Below the pieces are notes generated by a model. It was not told the origin of the DNA. It searched no databases and saw nothing but the letters and a program-made list of their open reading frames with translations. The position numbers and the translations under genes were made by a program. Below, piece by piece: positions 10,322-20,484 of a stretch of 56,660 bases of DNA; positions within the stretch are counted from its first letter, which is position 1, and the number at the start of each line of letters is the position of its first letter. Origin of the DNA: an uncultured Treponema sp. (GTDB lineage: Bacteria > Spirochaetota > Spirochaetia > Treponematales > Treponemataceae); contig CAUURR010000001.1 in NCBI GenBank assembly GCA_963547555.1, positions 1-56,660 on the forward strand, read 5' to 3'.

Positions 10322-10343
10322 CGGGTCTTGAGGAGAAAAGAGT

Positions 10344-10658
10344 ATGCAAAAAAAATTCAAGATTCGTAAAGAAGATCAGGTGGAAATCATTGCCGGAAAA
10401 GACAAGGGCAAGCGCGGCAGCGTTGTCCGCGTTATCCGCGATAAAGACCGGGTTATTGTAGCCGGCTGCAATATCGTAAAAAAGGCAATGAAAAAGCGCA
10501 GTCAGCAGGATAGAGGCGGTATCGCCGAAATCGAAGCTCCGCTGCATATTTCAAATGTAGCGATCGTATGCAAAAAATGCGGTCCTACCAAAATCGGATA
10601 TAAAATCGACGGCGATAAAAAAACGCGTGTTTGCCGTAAATGTGGAGATACCCTGTAA
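10344..10658 (+). CDS. rplX: 50S ribosomal protein L24
   Basis: KOW motif [19 protein letters not shown]. Confidence 0.98.
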   Translation: MQKKFKIRKEDQVEIIAGKDKGKRGSVVRVIRDKDRVIVAGCNIVKKAMKKRSQQDRGGIAEIEAPLHISNVAIVCKKCGPTKIGYKIDGDKKTRVCRKCGDTL

Positions 10659-11209
10659 TGAGCAATTACATACCCCGGCTTAAGAAAGTCTATAAGGACA
10701 AAATCGCCCCCGAGCTTTTTAAAGAACTCGGTTATACGTCTGTTATGCAGATTCCTTCTATTAAAAAGATTGTAGTCAGCATGGGCGTAGGCGAAGCTCT
10801 CACAAATAAGAAACTCCTTGACGCCGCAGTGACCGATATCACGCTTATAACCGGTCAGCAAGCTGTGAAAACAAAGGCTAAAAAGAGTATCGCAAACTTC
10901 AAACTCCGTGAGGGCAACGAAGTAGGTGTAATGGTTACGTTAAGAGGCGCTCATATGTATGAGTTTTTAGACCGTCTTATCAACGTTGCATTACCCCGTG
11001 TTAAGGACTTCCGCGGCATCAATCCGAACGGATTCGACGGTCACGGAAATTATTCTCTCGGTATTACGGAACAAATCATTTTCCCCGAAATTGACTTCGA
11101 TAAAATCGAACGCGTTTCCGGTTTGAATGTGAATATCGTAACGAGCGCCCGCACCGACAGCGATGCCCGCGCCCTGCTTACCAAGTTCGGAATGCCTTTT
11201 AGGAAGTGA
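10658..11209 (+). CDS. rplE: 50S ribosomal protein L5
   Basis: [31 protein letters not shown] overlap with rplX. Confidence 0.98.
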   Translation: MSNYIPRLKKVYKDKIAPELFKELGYTSVMQIPSIKKIVVSMGVGEALTNKKLLDAAVTDITLITGQQAVKTKAKKSIANFKLREGNEVGVMVTLRGAHMYEFLDRLINVALPRVKDFRGINPNGFDGHGNYSLGITEQIIFPEIDFDKIERVSGLNVNIVTSARTDSDARALLTKFGMPFRK

Positions 11210-11216
11210 GGAGTTC

Positions 11217-11402
11217 ATGGCAAAGAAGTCAATGGTTATTAAGGCTGCCCGCAAACCGAAGTACAGCACCAGATTGGTGAACCGGTGTAAAATATGCGGC
11301 CGCCCCCGCGGATATTTACGGAAATACAAGATGTGCCGTCTTTGTTTCCGCAAGTTAGCCAGTGAAGGCCTGTTACCGGGCGTTACAAAATCCAGCTGGT
11401 AG
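11217..11402 (+). CDS. rpsZ: 30S ribosomal protein S14, zinc-binding type Z (61 aa)
   Basis: [10 protein letters not shown]...MCRLCFR, GVTKSSW; GAGGAG SD. Confidence 0.97.
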   Translation: MAKKSMVIKAARKPKYSTRLVNRCKICGRPRGYLRKYKMCRLCFRKLASEGLLPGVTKSSW

Positions 11403-11418
11403 AAGGTAGGAGTATAGT

Positions 11419-11817
11419 ATGAGTGTTTCAGACCCCATTGCGGATATGCTTACCAAAGTTCGAAATGCCGTCAGAGCGCGTCACGAAAAAGTCGATGTGC
11501 CTACGTCCAAGTTAAAACTGGAAATTGTAAAAATCCTGAAAACGGAAGGCTATATAAAGAACTTTCAAAAGATTGCTCAGGATAATATGAATGTTATTCG
11601 GATTTTCCTGAAATATGATGATGAAAATATGCCCGTTATCCACGACTTGCAAAAGGTTTCGACTCCCGGCCGCCGTGTATATTCGGGTTATAAAGATTTG
11701 CCCCGTGTCTATAACGGATACGGAACGGTTATCGTGTCGACATCGGCAGGTGTTACGACGGGTAAAAAGGCTGCCGAAAAAATGATCGGCGGCGAGTTGA
11801 TTTGTACCGTCTGGTAA
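11419..11817 (+). CDS. rpsH: 30S ribosomal protein S8
   Basis: [22 protein letters not shown]. Confidence 0.98.
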   Translation: MSVSDPIADMLTKVRNAVRARHEKVDVPTSKLKLEIVKILKTEGYIKNFQKIAQDNMNVIRIFLKYDDENMPVIHDLQKVSTPGRRVYSGYKDLPRVYNGYGTVIVSTSAGVTTGKKAAEKMIGGELICTVW

Positions 11818-11830
11818 GGAGTGAGGAAGT

Positions 11831-12370
11831 ATGTCAAGAATAGGAAAACTTCCCGTTGCCATTCCGGCGGGAGTAAAAGTAACGGCCGATGCAAACCTGA
11901 TTACCGTTGAAGGCCCCAAGGGTAAATTAACCCAGGATTACTGCGATTTGGTAAAAATCGAAGTACAGGACGGTCATGCAGTGGTAAGCCGTGTTGACGA
12001 CAGCAAAAACGCCCGTGCAGCTCACGGTTTGTACCGCAGTTTGATTCGCAATATGGTACAGGGTGTAACCGACGGTTTTACAAAAAACCTTGTTATTAAC
12101 GGTGTAGGTTTCCGTGCGGAAGTGCAGGGTAAACTGCTTGTTATGAACTTGGGTTATTCAACGGATTTTATCGCGGCAATTCCCGACGGTTTAACGGTTA
12201 CGGCCGACGGTCAGGGAAAAATCAGTATTGCCGGTATCGACAAGCAGCAGGTAGGTGAATTTGCAGCCGAAATCCGCCGCTTACGCAAACCCGAACCGTA
12301 TAAAGGTAAGGGCGTGCGCTATGATACCGAAGTTATTAAACGCAAAGTCGGTAAGGCCGGCGTAAAATAA
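11831..12370 (+). CDS. rplF: 50S ribosomal protein L6
   Basis: [19 protein letters not shown]. Confidence 0.99.
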   Translation: MSRIGKLPVAIPAGVKVTADANLITVEGPKGKLTQDYCDLVKIEVQDGHAVVSRVDDSKNARAAHGLYRSLIRNMVQGVTDGFTKNLVINGVGFRAEVQGKLLVMNLGYSTDFIAAIPDGLTVTADGQGKISIAGIDKQQVGEFAAEIRRLRKPEPYKGKGVRYDTEVIKRKVGKAGVK

Positions 12371-12381
12371 GGGTGTTTGCT

Positions 12382-12744
12382 ATGATTAAGAAACTGAATG
12401 ATAAAAATCGAAAGCGCTTAAAAAGAAAAATTCACATTCGGAAACACCTGCGCGGTACGGCCGAACGTCCCCGCATGACGGTAACCAAAAGCAACTGCAA
12501 TTTGTATGTTCAGGTTATTAACGATGATGAGGGAAAAACGCTTGCCTGCGTTTCCACTTTGGAAAAGGATTTTTCGTCGCTTAAGCCCAATATCAAGGGT
12601 GCTGAAGTAATCGGAGAGGCAATGGGTAAACGCCTTGCCGAGAAGAAAATCACCACGGTTGTGTTTGACCGCAACGGCTACCTCTATCACGGTGTAGTCA
12701 AAGCTATTGCCGACGGCGCCCGTAAAGCCGGAATCGTATTCTAG
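12382..12744 (+). CDS. rplR: 50S ribosomal protein L18
   Basis: [19 protein letters not shown]. Confidence 0.98.
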   Translation: MIKKLNDKNRKRLKRKIHIRKHLRGTAERPRMTVTKSNCNLYVQVINDDEGKTLACVSTLEKDFSSLKPNIKGAEVIGEAMGKRLAEKKITTVVFDRNGYLYHGVVKAIADGARKAGIVF

Positions 12745-12752
12745 GAGAAGCT

Positions 12753-13265
12753 ATGGAACACCAGAGAAATCACGACAGAGAACAGCAAAAAGAATTTATC
12801 GAAAAATTGGTCAAACTGAATCGTACCGCTAAAGTAGTAAAGGGCGGCCGCCGCTTTTCCTTTTCCGCTTTAACGGTTGTAGGAGATCAAAAAGGCCGCG
12901 TAGGTTACGGTTTCGGTAAAGCGAATGACGTTACCGAAGCGATTAAAAAGAGTATAGATAAGGCTAAACGCAGTTTGGTAACCGTACCTTTAAGACACGG
13001 TACGCTTCCCCATGAGATTCAGGCCGCTTATAAGGGCTCTTCGGTTCTTTTAATGCCCGCCTGTTCGGGAACCGGTATTATAGCCGGCGGTCCTGTGCGT
13101 GCCATTATGGAAGCTGCCGGTGCTACCGATGTTATGTCCAAATCCCTCGGATCGAATACTTCGATTAATGTGGTTCGGGCGACTTTTAAAGCGGTAGAAA
13201 GCCTTTTGGATGCCCGCGTTGTTGCAAAAAACAGAGGCAAGCATTTAAAGGATATGTGGGGTTAA
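12753..13265 (+). CDS. rpsE: 30S ribosomal protein S5
   Basis: RTAKVVKGGRRFSF, GTGIIAGG. Confidence 0.99.
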   Translation: MEHQRNHDREQQKEFIEKLVKLNRTAKVVKGGRRFSFSALTVVGDQKGRVGYGFGKANDVTEAIKKSIDKAKRSLVTVPLRHGTLPHEIQAAYKGSSVLLMPACSGTGIIAGGPVRAIMEAAGATDVMSKSLGSNTSINVVRATFKAVESLLDARVVAKNRGKHLKDMWG

Positions 13266-13268
13266 ACA

Positions 13269-13460
13269 ATGGCCGGATCAAAAAAAATTAAAATAACGCT
13301 TGTAAAAAGCACTATCGGACAAAAACCCGCAAAACGGGCAACCGTCCGTTGTCTGGGATTGAAGAAAATTAACTCCTTTGTGGAGCAGGAAGCGAATCCG
13401 GCTGTTTTAGGCATGATTGCCTCCGTTTCGCATTTGGTAAAAGTCGAGGAGATACACTGA
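13269..13460 (+). CDS. rpmD: 50S ribosomal protein L30
   Basis: KITLVKSTIG, LGLKKIN, VSHLVKVEE. Confidence 0.97.
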   Translation: MAGSKKIKITLVKSTIGQKPAKRATVRCLGLKKINSFVEQEANPAVLGMIASVSHLVKVEEIH

Positions 13461-13912
13461 TGTCAGGTTTGGTTCTTACCGCGCCGGCAGGCGCAAACAA
13501 AAAAAAGCGTATCGTAGGACGCGGTTCGTCCTCCGGACGCGGAACAACATCCGGTAAGGGAAACAAGGGACAGCAGGCTCGTTCCGGCGGAAAAACCTAT
13601 ATCGGTTTTGAAGGCGGTCAGATGCCTTTGTATCGCCGCATTGCACGCCGCGGTTTTTCCAATTATCCGTACCGCAAAGAGTATGCAACGGTAAACCTTG
13701 TACATATTGCGGCGAAATTTGCCGACGGTGAGTCCGTCAACCGCGAAACGCTGATTGAAAAAGGTTTGCTTAAAAAATCGGCGCTGTTGGTAAAGATTCT
13801 CGGAAACGGCGAACTCGATAAAAAGCTGACGGTGAGTGCAGACAAGGTTTCCGCAGGAGCCAAAGAAAAAATCGAAAAGGCCGGCGGTACCGTTACCGTA
13901 TCCGGCGAATAA
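13460..13912 (+). CDS. rplO: 50S ribosomal protein L15
   Basis: GRGSSSGRG, GFEGGQMPLYRR. Confidence 0.98.
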   Translation: MSGLVLTAPAGANKKKRIVGRGSSSGRGTTSGKGNKGQQARSGGKTYIGFEGGQMPLYRRIARRGFSNYPYRKEYATVNLVHIAAKFADGESVNRETLIEKGLLKKSALLVKILGNGELDKKLTVSADKVSAGAKEKIEKAGGTVTVSGE

Positions 13913-13925
13913 TCGGCGGTGAATT

Positions 13926-15248
13926 ATGGCGAATAATCCGATTGCAAACATATTTCGGGTAAAAGAGCTGCGCGAACGCGTACTCTTTACCGTCATCATT
14001 CTTACCGTTTTCCGGCTCGGCAGTGTGTTGACCGTGCCGGGGATAAGTCCGCACGCGTTGACGGCGTATTTTTCTTCGCTGACAAAGGGTAATGCCTTTG
14101 TGGACTACATGGACTTTTTTGCCGGCGGTGCTTTCTCGAACTTTTCGGTTTTTATGCTCGGTGTTATGCCGTATATTTCCACTCAGATTATTATGCAGCT
14201 GGCATTGATTATTTTTCCGAGTTTAAAGCGCATTGCACAGGAAGACGGCGGGCAAAAAAAAGTTCAGTCGTGGACGCGCATCGGTACGGTATTTGTCTGT
14301 ATGATACAGTCTACCGCGCTGACCGCCTATGCTTATTATGTACCGGGTGCGGTTGTAATTTCCAATTCAATCTTGTTCCGTATGTTGTTTATTCTGACGG
14401 TAACAACCGGTACGATGATAACGATTTGGCTCGGCGAGCAGATAACCGCGTGCGGTATCGGTAACGGTATTTCCATGATTATTTTTGCCGGTATTGTCGC
14501 CCGCCTTCCTTCGGCCGTGTACGAGCTGGGAAAACTCATCAATACACAGGGCAGTCAAATGCTCGTTAAAAGCGTTGTCGTTTTGGTAATGTTTGTCGGA
14601 ATTATCGCCTTTGTCGTTTACGAACAGCAGGGACAGCGCAAGATTCCGGTTCACTATGCAAAACGCGTTATAGGCCGCAAAATGTACGGCGGACAAAGCA
14701 CGTATATTCCCTTTAAAATCAATCCGTCGGGAGTTATACCGATTATCTTTGCATCGTCGTTTTTAACGTTCCCTCTGCAAATTGCTACCAGCTTAGGCCC
14801 CAATGTGCGCTGGCTGAACAGGGTTGCCGCATGGCTGACCCCGAGCGGTTTATTGTATAACGGTTTATTGGTATTATTGATTGTATTCTTTGCGTATTTT
14901 TATACACAGGTAACTTTAAACCCCACCGAAATAGCAAAGAACATTCGGGAAAACGGCGGCTCGATTCCCGGCATCAGAACCGATAAAACGGAAGAGTATA
15001 TGCAAAAGGTGTTGAACAGGCTTGTGCTGCCCGGTTCTTTATACCTTGCAATTATTGCGGTGCTTCCGACTATTATTCAAAATGCATTCGGTTTTCCCCA
15101 AAGCATTTCGATGCTGATGGGCGGAACCTCGTTGTTGATTTTAGTCGGTGTCGATTTGGATACAATGAGTCAAATCGAAGCCTTGCTTAAAATGCACCAC
15201 CACGACGGTTTGGTAAAAAAAGGAAAGCTGCGCTCACGCAACCTGTAG
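13926..15248 (+). CDS. secY: Preprotein translocase subunit SecY
   Basis: LGVMPYIS, GIGNGIS, GVIPIIFA, GGTSLLI; multi-TM. Confidence 0.99.
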   Translation: MANNPIANIFRVKELRERVLFTVIILTVFRLGSVLTVPGISPHALTAYFSSLTKGNAFVDYMDFFAGGAFSNFSVFMLGVMPYISTQIIMQLALIIFPSLKRIAQEDGGQKKVQSWTRIGTVFVCMIQSTALTAYAYYVPGAVVISNSILFRMLFILTVTTGTMITIWLGEQITACGIGNGISMIIFAGIVARLPSAVYELGKLINTQGSQMLVKSVVVLVMFVGIIAFVVYEQQGQRKIPVHYAKRVIGRKMYGGQSTYIPFKINPSGVIPIIFASSFLTFPLQIATSLGPNVRWLNRVAAWLTPSGLLYNGLLVLLIVFFAYFYTQVTLNPTEIAKNIRENGGSIPGIRTDKTEEYMQKVLNRLVLPGSLYLAIIAVLPTIIQNAFGFPQSISMLMGGTSLLILVGVDLDTMSQIEALLKMHHHDGLVKKGKLRSRNL

Positions 15249-15313
15249 AGGATGCAGTGCGTCGACCTGTTCGGCAACGAAGTTATCGAACGGGTCTATT
15301 ATAGGAGTATACT

Positions 15314-15427
15314 ATGAAAGTACGAACAAGTGTAAAGCCTATTTGCGACAAGTGTAAGGTCATCAAAAGAGCCGGTATTGTCCGGATCATTTGTTCCAAC
15401 CCCAAGCATAAACAGCGTCAGGGCTGA
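15314..15427 (+). CDS. rpmJ: 50S ribosomal protein L36 (37 aa; below ORF-track cutoff)
   Basis: Translated by hand: [44 protein letters not shown]. Confidence 0.98.
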   Translation: MKVRTSVKPICDKCKVIKRAGIVRIICSNPKHKQRQG

Positions 15428-15444
15428 GCTCAAGGAGTAATTGA

Positions 15445-15810
15445 ATGGCTCGAATTGCGGGAGTTGACCTCCCTAACAAGCATGTCAATATCGCATTGAC
15501 CTATATTTACGGAATCGGACGTTCTTCGGCGGCGGAAATTTGCGAAAAAACAAAAATCGATCCTACCCGCAAAATGAACGATCTTTCTCAGGACGAAGTT
15601 GCCGTTTTGCGCGCTCTTATCGACGGTGAATACAAGGTTGAAGGACGCCTTCGTTCCGAAATCGGTTTGAATATCAAACGCCTTATGGACATCGGCTGCT
15701 ACAGAGGCTTGCGTCACAGAAAGGGCTTGCCTGTCCGCGGACAGCGCACCCGCACAAATGCACGAACCCGCAAAGGTAAGAAAAAAACCGTTGCAGGCAA
15801 GAAGAAATAA
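15445..15810 (+). CDS. rpsM: 30S ribosomal protein S13
   Basis: [28 protein letters not shown]. Confidence 0.99.
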   Translation: MARIAGVDLPNKHVNIALTYIYGIGRSSAAEICEKTKIDPTRKMNDLSQDEVAVLRALIDGEYKVEGRLRSEIGLNIKRLMDIGCYRGLRHRKGLPVRGQRTRTNARTRKGKKKTVAGKKK

Positions 15811-15826
15811 TCCGGAGGCAAGATAG

Positions 15827-16207
15827 ATGGCTACCGTAAAAAAACGGAAAGAAAAAAAGACAGTATATGAAGGTAATGTGTATATTCAGGCTACATTTAA
15901 CAATACGATTGTTACCATTACCGATTTAAAGGGAAACGCTCTTTCATGGGCATCTTCCGGCGGTTTGGGCTTTAGAGGGGCAAAAAAATCGACACCCTTT
16001 GCCGCCCAGTCCGTAGCCGAAACGGCCGTACAAAAAGCGGTCAGTTACGGTTTGCGTGAAGTTCACGTGTTTGTAAAAGGTCCCGGTGTAGGAAGAGAAT
16101 CCGCTGTCCGCTCTTTGGGTGCTTTGGGCTTAAAGGTAAAATCGATCAGTGATGTAACCCCCATTCCCCATAACGGATGCCGCCCGCGCAAAACACGCCG
16201 CATGTAA
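15827..16207 (+). CDS. rpsK: 30S ribosomal protein S11
   Basis: [26 protein letters not shown]. Confidence 0.99.
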   Translation: MATVKKRKEKKTVYEGNVYIQATFNNTIVTITDLKGNALSWASSGGLGFRGAKKSTPFAAQSVAETAVQKAVSYGLREVHVFVKGPGVGRESAVRSLGALGLKVKSISDVTPIPHNGCRPRKTRRM

Positions 16208-16387
16208 GTGCCGGATTTTGTTTTGTATGCCGGGAAATCGAAAAATACTTTTGGTTTTCAAAGGTATTTTCGGTTTGCTATTACTGTCGATGCGGTAAAT
16301 ACAATTTACCTGCACCGTGCCGATATGACGGGCTGTCCGTATGGGCGGTCCGTAATCGAGCTTTAGTCGAAATAACAAGGAGTTTCG

Positions 16388-17443
16388 ATGGCCCGTAAAA
16401 ATCTCTTGCATGGATTTAAAACACCGAAAGGGATTAATTTTGAACCTCTCGATACGAATTCGAATTACGGTAAGTTTACCGCCTATCCTTTTGAGCCCGG
16501 GTTCGGCACTACGGTCGGCAATACCCTGCGCAGGGTGTTGCTTTCCAGTATTCAAGGATATGCTATAACATCGGTTCGTATTACTTCTTATGATGCCGAC
16601 GGTGTTCCCCATGTTATTTCCAGCGAATTCGAAAGCATTCCCAATGTTGTTGAAGATGCGTTGGAAGTATTGAATAATATGAAGCAAATACGCTTAAAGC
16701 TTGACGGCGATAACGAACAGGAAACTTTTTTGTTCGAGTTTAAGGGCGCGGCAAACGTAACCGCCGAGATGTTCTCTCGCGGTTCTCAACTTGAAGTTTT
16801 GTCCAAGGATATGCATATTTTTACCACAATGGAAAATGCACACCTTGAATTTGAAGTTCAGGTTGATTTGGGACGCGGCTATATACCCGCCGAAGAAAAC
16901 GAGCGCTATATTGAAGTGGTGGGAACCATTCCGATGGATGCGATTTTTACCCCCGTTTCAAAGGTAAAATATTCCATTGAACCCTGCCGCGTCGGTCAGC
17001 GCAACGATTACGACAAGCTTATTATGGAAATTTGGACGGACGGAAGTATTGCCCCCGTTGATGCACTCGCCGAAGCCGCTAAAATTGCAAAAGATCATTT
17101 TTCGATTTTTATCAATTTTAACGATAGTGAAATCGGCCGCAGGGATGAAATCGATGAGGGCGATGAACGGATAAAACAACTTTTGAACACTCCTGTTGAA
17201 GAGTTGGAGTTATCGGTGCGTTCGTCGAATTGTCTTAAAAATGCGAATATTCACACAATCGGTGAATTAACAAAAAAAACGGAAGATGATATTGCCAAAA
17301 CCCGTAATTTCGGCAAAAAAAGTCTGTCCGAGATCAAAGATAAGCTTCTTGAATGGAACCTTAATCTCGGTATGACGGATTACAGTCATCTGAAAAATGC
17401 GGTAAATTTAACAAAGAAAAAGGAAGAATCAGATGAATCATAG
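16388..17443 (+). CDS. rpoA: RNA polymerase alpha subunit
   Basis: [34 protein letters not shown]. Confidence 0.99.
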   Translation: MARKNLLHGFKTPKGINFEPLDTNSNYGKFTAYPFEPGFGTTVGNTLRRVLLSSIQGYAITSVRITSYDADGVPHVISSEFESIPNVVEDALEVLNNMKQIRLKLDGDNEQETFLFEFKGAANVTAEMFSRGSQLEVLSKDMHIFTTMENAHLEFEVQVDLGRGYIPAEENERYIEVVGTIPMDAIFTPVSKVKYSIEPCRVGQRNDYDKLIMEIWTDGSIAPVDALAEAAKIAKDHFSIFINFNDSEIGRRDEIDEGDERIKQLLNTPVEELELSVRSSNCLKNANIHTIGELTKKTEDDIAKTRNFGKKSLSEIKDKLLEWNLNLGMTDYSHLKNAVNLTKKKEESDES

Positions 17444-17957
17444 AAACGGTTTTAATCCCCTTTCGCGCACCTCGGCTCACCGCCGTGCAATGTCGCGGAA
17501 TATGGTAACCTCCTTATTCAGATACGAGCGCATTACCACCACAAAGGCAAAAGCCTCCGAAGTGCGCCGCGCTGCGGAAAAATTGATTACACGGGGTAAG
17601 GTTGATTCGGTACATAACCGCCGCCAAGCCGCCCGTTTTATTGCCGACGAAGCGATTTTGGCTAAGCTTTTTACCGATATCGGTCCGCGCATGAAAGAGC
17701 GCAAGGGCGGTTATACGCGTATGTTAAAGCTCGGTTTCCGTCAAGGCGATGCGGCCGACTTGGTAATCCTGGAATTGGTTGACTACAAACTTGACACTTC
17801 TTCCAAGGAAGCCAAAAAAGAAGATAAGGCGAAAAAAACCGCTCCCAAAACAAAGGAAAAAGCCGGTGCCGATAAAAAGGCCAAAGCCGAATCAAAGCCC
17901 AAGGCGGCAAAAAAATCCGCCGAAAAAAGCGCCGACACCGAAAAGGTTTCGGAGTAA
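17433..17957 (+). CDS. rplQ: 50S ribosomal protein L17 with Lys/Ala-rich C-terminal extension
   Basis: [26 protein letters not shown]. Confidence 0.98.
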   Translation: MNHRNGFNPLSRTSAHRRAMSRNMVTSLFRYERITTTKAKASEVRRAAEKLITRGKVDSVHNRRQAARFIADEAILAKLFTDIGPRMKERKGGYTRMLKLGFRQGDAADLVILELVDYKLDTSSKEAKKEDKAKKTAPKTKEKAGADKKAKAESKPKAAKKSAEKSADTEKVSE

Positions 17958-18006
17958 TTGATTTAATCCGGCTGTATAAGCGGTTCGGATTTCATAGGAG
18001 GATTTT

Positions 18007-18189
18007 ATGTCAAAATCACATCGCGGAAAAGGTATTCGCAGTTTGGTTAATCGCGGACGCGGTACCTGCGGTCGTTGTAAAAAAGAAAATATAAAAGTGC
18101 TGTATGAGCATGAAATTGACGGTCAAAAAGCAACCGTATGTAAATTTTGCAACGCGGCCATTAAAAACGGAAAAGCCGCCGCCGTATAA
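18007..18189 (+). CDS. Small basic CxxC...CxxC zinc-finger protein of unknown function
   Basis: AGGAGG SD; 60 aa with CGRC and CKFC; followed by a terminator. Confidence 0.85.
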   Translation: MSKSHRGKGIRSLVNRGRGTCGRCKKENIKVLYEHEIDGQKATVCKFCNAAIKNGKAAAV

Positions 18190-18198
18190 GTTTTGAAT

Positions 18199-18245
18199 GA
18201 AGGGTGTCCGAAGGTAATAGCCGGTACGGCACCCTCTTTTATTTT
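18199..18245 (+). terminator. Intrinsic terminator closing the ribosomal superoperon
   Basis: agggtgtccg...cggcaccct followed by cttttatttt. Confidence 0.65.
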
Positions 18246-18284
18246 AAATCATTTGTCGTGCTTATAGTAAACGGAGGTTTTGAT

Positions 18285-19436
18285 ATGAAAAAAAACGTAA
18301 AAACCGTTCTTTTTGTTGGCGGTTTGTTTGCGATTGTTTCTCTTTATTTTGCCGGTTGTGCTGAAAAAAAAGCCGATACTTTTACGATCGGCGGTATTTT
18401 CCCGCTTTCCGGACCGGTTGCCGTATACGGAACCGAGGCTCGTAACGGTATGGAATTGGCGATAGCCGAAATCAACGCGGCCGGCGGTGTTCTCGGAAAA
18501 CAGATTGTGCTTATCGGCGAAGACGATGAAGGAAATCCCGAAAAAACGGTAAACGTCTATAAAAAACTGACAACAAAAGACGGTGTAAAGGTTATCATCG
18601 GTTCTCTTCCGTCGGGGGCTACTGCGGCCATAACTTCTTTAGCTCAGGTACAAAAAGTGCTTTTGCTTGCTCCGGCGGCAACTATGCCGAGTATAACGGA
18701 TGCAGGCAACTATGTATTCCGTGCCTGTTTTATCGACCCCTTTCAGGGAACGGTCGGCGGAAAGTTTACTGCGGAACATTTGGGTAAAAAACGTGCCGCA
18801 GTTTTATATGATGTCGGAAATGATTACTCGGTCGGTTTGTATGACAATTTTAAAATCGCTTTTGAAAAAGCCGGCGGTACCGTTGTTGCAGCCGAGTCCT
18901 ACAGCACGGGCGATAAAAACTTCAGCGCGCAGCTTACAAAAATAAAAAATGCGAAGCCCGATGTTGTGTATTTACCCGACTATTACGGTGTTGTCGCTTT
19001 GATTGCAAAACAGTTGCGCGATCAGGGAATAAATACGGAGATTGTCGGCGGCGACGGCTGGGGCGGACTTGTCGGTAATGCCGGAGATGAGGTGTTAAAC
19101 GGTTTTTATTCCGACCACTATGCTTCGGATTCGTCCGATCCGCGCGTAAAGCGTTTTGTAGATGCCTACGCTAAACAGTACGGTACGACGCCGGTTTCTT
19201 TTGCCGCCCTTGCGTATGATTGTGTCTATCTTTTAAAAGATGCGGTTGAAAAGGCGGGAACAACGTCGGACTCTGCCGCAATTCGCGATGCCCTTGCAAA
19301 AACAAACGGCAGTTATGTAACGGGCAATTTGACCTTTGATGCCAAGCGCAACCCTATAAAGCCGGCTGTTATGATGGAATTGATCAAAAAAGACGGAAAA
19401 TTAACCGCCGTATATAAGACTACCATCAATCCGTAA
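18285..19436 (+). CDS. Branched-chain amino acid ABC transporter substrate-binding lipoprotein (LivJ/LivK family)
   Basis: Lipobox YFAGC, PLSGPVAVYG, INAAGGVLG, YVFRACF; GGAGG SD before ATG 18285. Confidence 0.92.
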   Translation: MKKNVKTVLFVGGLFAIVSLYFAGCAEKKADTFTIGGIFPLSGPVAVYGTEARNGMELAIAEINAAGGVLGKQIVLIGEDDEGNPEKTVNVYKKLTTKDGVKVIIGSLPSGATAAITSLAQVQKVLLLAPAATMPSITDAGNYVFRACFIDPFQGTVGGKFTAEHLGKKRAAVLYDVGNDYSVGLYDNFKIAFEKAGGTVVAAESYSTGDKNFSAQLTKIKNAKPDVVYLPDYYGVVALIAKQLRDQGINTEIVGGDGWGGLVGNAGDEVLNGFYSDHYASDSSDPRVKRFVDAYAKQYGTTPVSFAALAYDCVYLLKDAVEKAGTTSDSAAIRDALAKTNGSYVTGNLTFDAKRNPIKPAVMMELIKKDGKLTAVYKTTINP

Positions 19437-19460
19437 GTTTGACTTTAAAATCGGTTTTTT

Positions 19461-19501
19461 ACAAGCGGTTGTCTCGAGGAGGCGGCCGCTTGTGTTATTT
19501 T
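19461..19501 (+). terminator. Hairpin/terminator after the substrate-binding gene
   Basis: acaagcggttgtct...aggcggccgcttgt then gttatttt. Confidence 0.6.
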
Positions 19502-19583
19502 ATGCGTCGATCCGGAAACAATCCGGGAACGGACTATTTACGTGTAATCTTTTTTCATATATAATATACCGAAAGGAGTACTC

Positions 19584-20483
19584 ATGGAAATCGCGAATAT
19601 GATTGTCCGCCAGTTGGTCAACGGTTTGTCTTTAGGCAGTATGTATGCGTTGATTGCCTTGGGTTACACTATGGTGTACGGCATCGTAAAGCTTATCAAT
19701 TTTGCCCACGGTGATATTCTTATGGTCGGCGCATACTGCGGTTTTTTTATTCTTACGGCATGGGGCACTACTCCTGCAGCTTTAACGGCGGCTTTTTTGT
19801 TTTCCATGATTGTATGCGCCCTGCTTGCAGTCGTTATCGAACGCTTTGCCTACCGTCCCTTGCGTAATGCGCCGCGTCTTAATTCTTTGATTACCGCCAT
19901 TGCCGTTTCTTTGATTTTACAAAACGGCGCTCGTGTGCTGCCGTTTATAGGACCGAACCCGCGTCAGTATCCCACTCCTAAAAATATCAGCTTTGATATA
20001 GGGGCGATATCGGTATCGAATATTCAGCTTATAGTTATCATCTCGTCAGCCTGTTTGATGGTTGTATTGAACTATATTATTAACAGAACGAAAATCGGTA
20101 AAGCAATGCGCGCCGTTGCATTCGATATGCATGCGGCAAGTTTAATGGGAATTTCGGTCAACAAGGTGATTGCCTTTACTTTCGGCTTGGGATCCGTTCT
20201 TGCGGCTGCAGGCGGCATATTGTATGCAACCGCTTATCCTCAAGTCGAACCCGTTATGGGAACCATGCCCGGCTTAAAGGCCTTTGTCGCTGCGGTTTTG
20301 GGCGGTATAGGTTCGGTTCCGGGGGCGATGCTCGGCGGCTATATTTTAGGGATAGCCGAAACCTTTACAAAGGGGTTTTTATCATCCCGATTTGCCGATG
20401 CTATCTCGTTCGGAATCTTAATCGTTATTTTGCTGGTTAAACCGACCGGCATTATGGGCTCAAAAATACGGGAAAAGGTGTAA
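19584..20483 (+). CDS. livH: Branched-chain amino acid ABC permease
   Basis: YALIALGYTMVYG, INFAHG, AAVLGGIGS. Confidence 0.93.
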   Translation: MEIANMIVRQLVNGLSLGSMYALIALGYTMVYGIVKLINFAHGDILMVGAYCGFFILTAWGTTPAALTAAFLFSMIVCALLAVVIERFAYRPLRNAPRLNSLITAIAVSLILQNGARVLPFIGPNPRQYPTPKNISFDIGAISVSNIQLIVIISSACLMVVLNYIINRTKIGKAMRAVAFDMHAASLMGISVNKVIAFTFGLGSVLAAAGGILYATAYPQVEPVMGTMPGLKAFVAAVLGGIGSVPGAMLGGYILGIAETFTKGFLSSRFADAISFGILIVILLVKPTGIMGSKIREKV

Positions 20484-20484
20484 A

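Noticed and set aside
15249..15313. Absence of adk, map and infA after secY, and of rpsL-rpsG-fusA before tuf
   Set aside because: Arrangement I recall as normal for treponemes; used only as a taxonomic clue
5335..17961. Many antisense and alternate-frame ORFs across the ribosomal operon (e.g. 9605-10360, 13463-13999, 16130-16687)
   Set aside because: Overlap well-supported genes; no motifs
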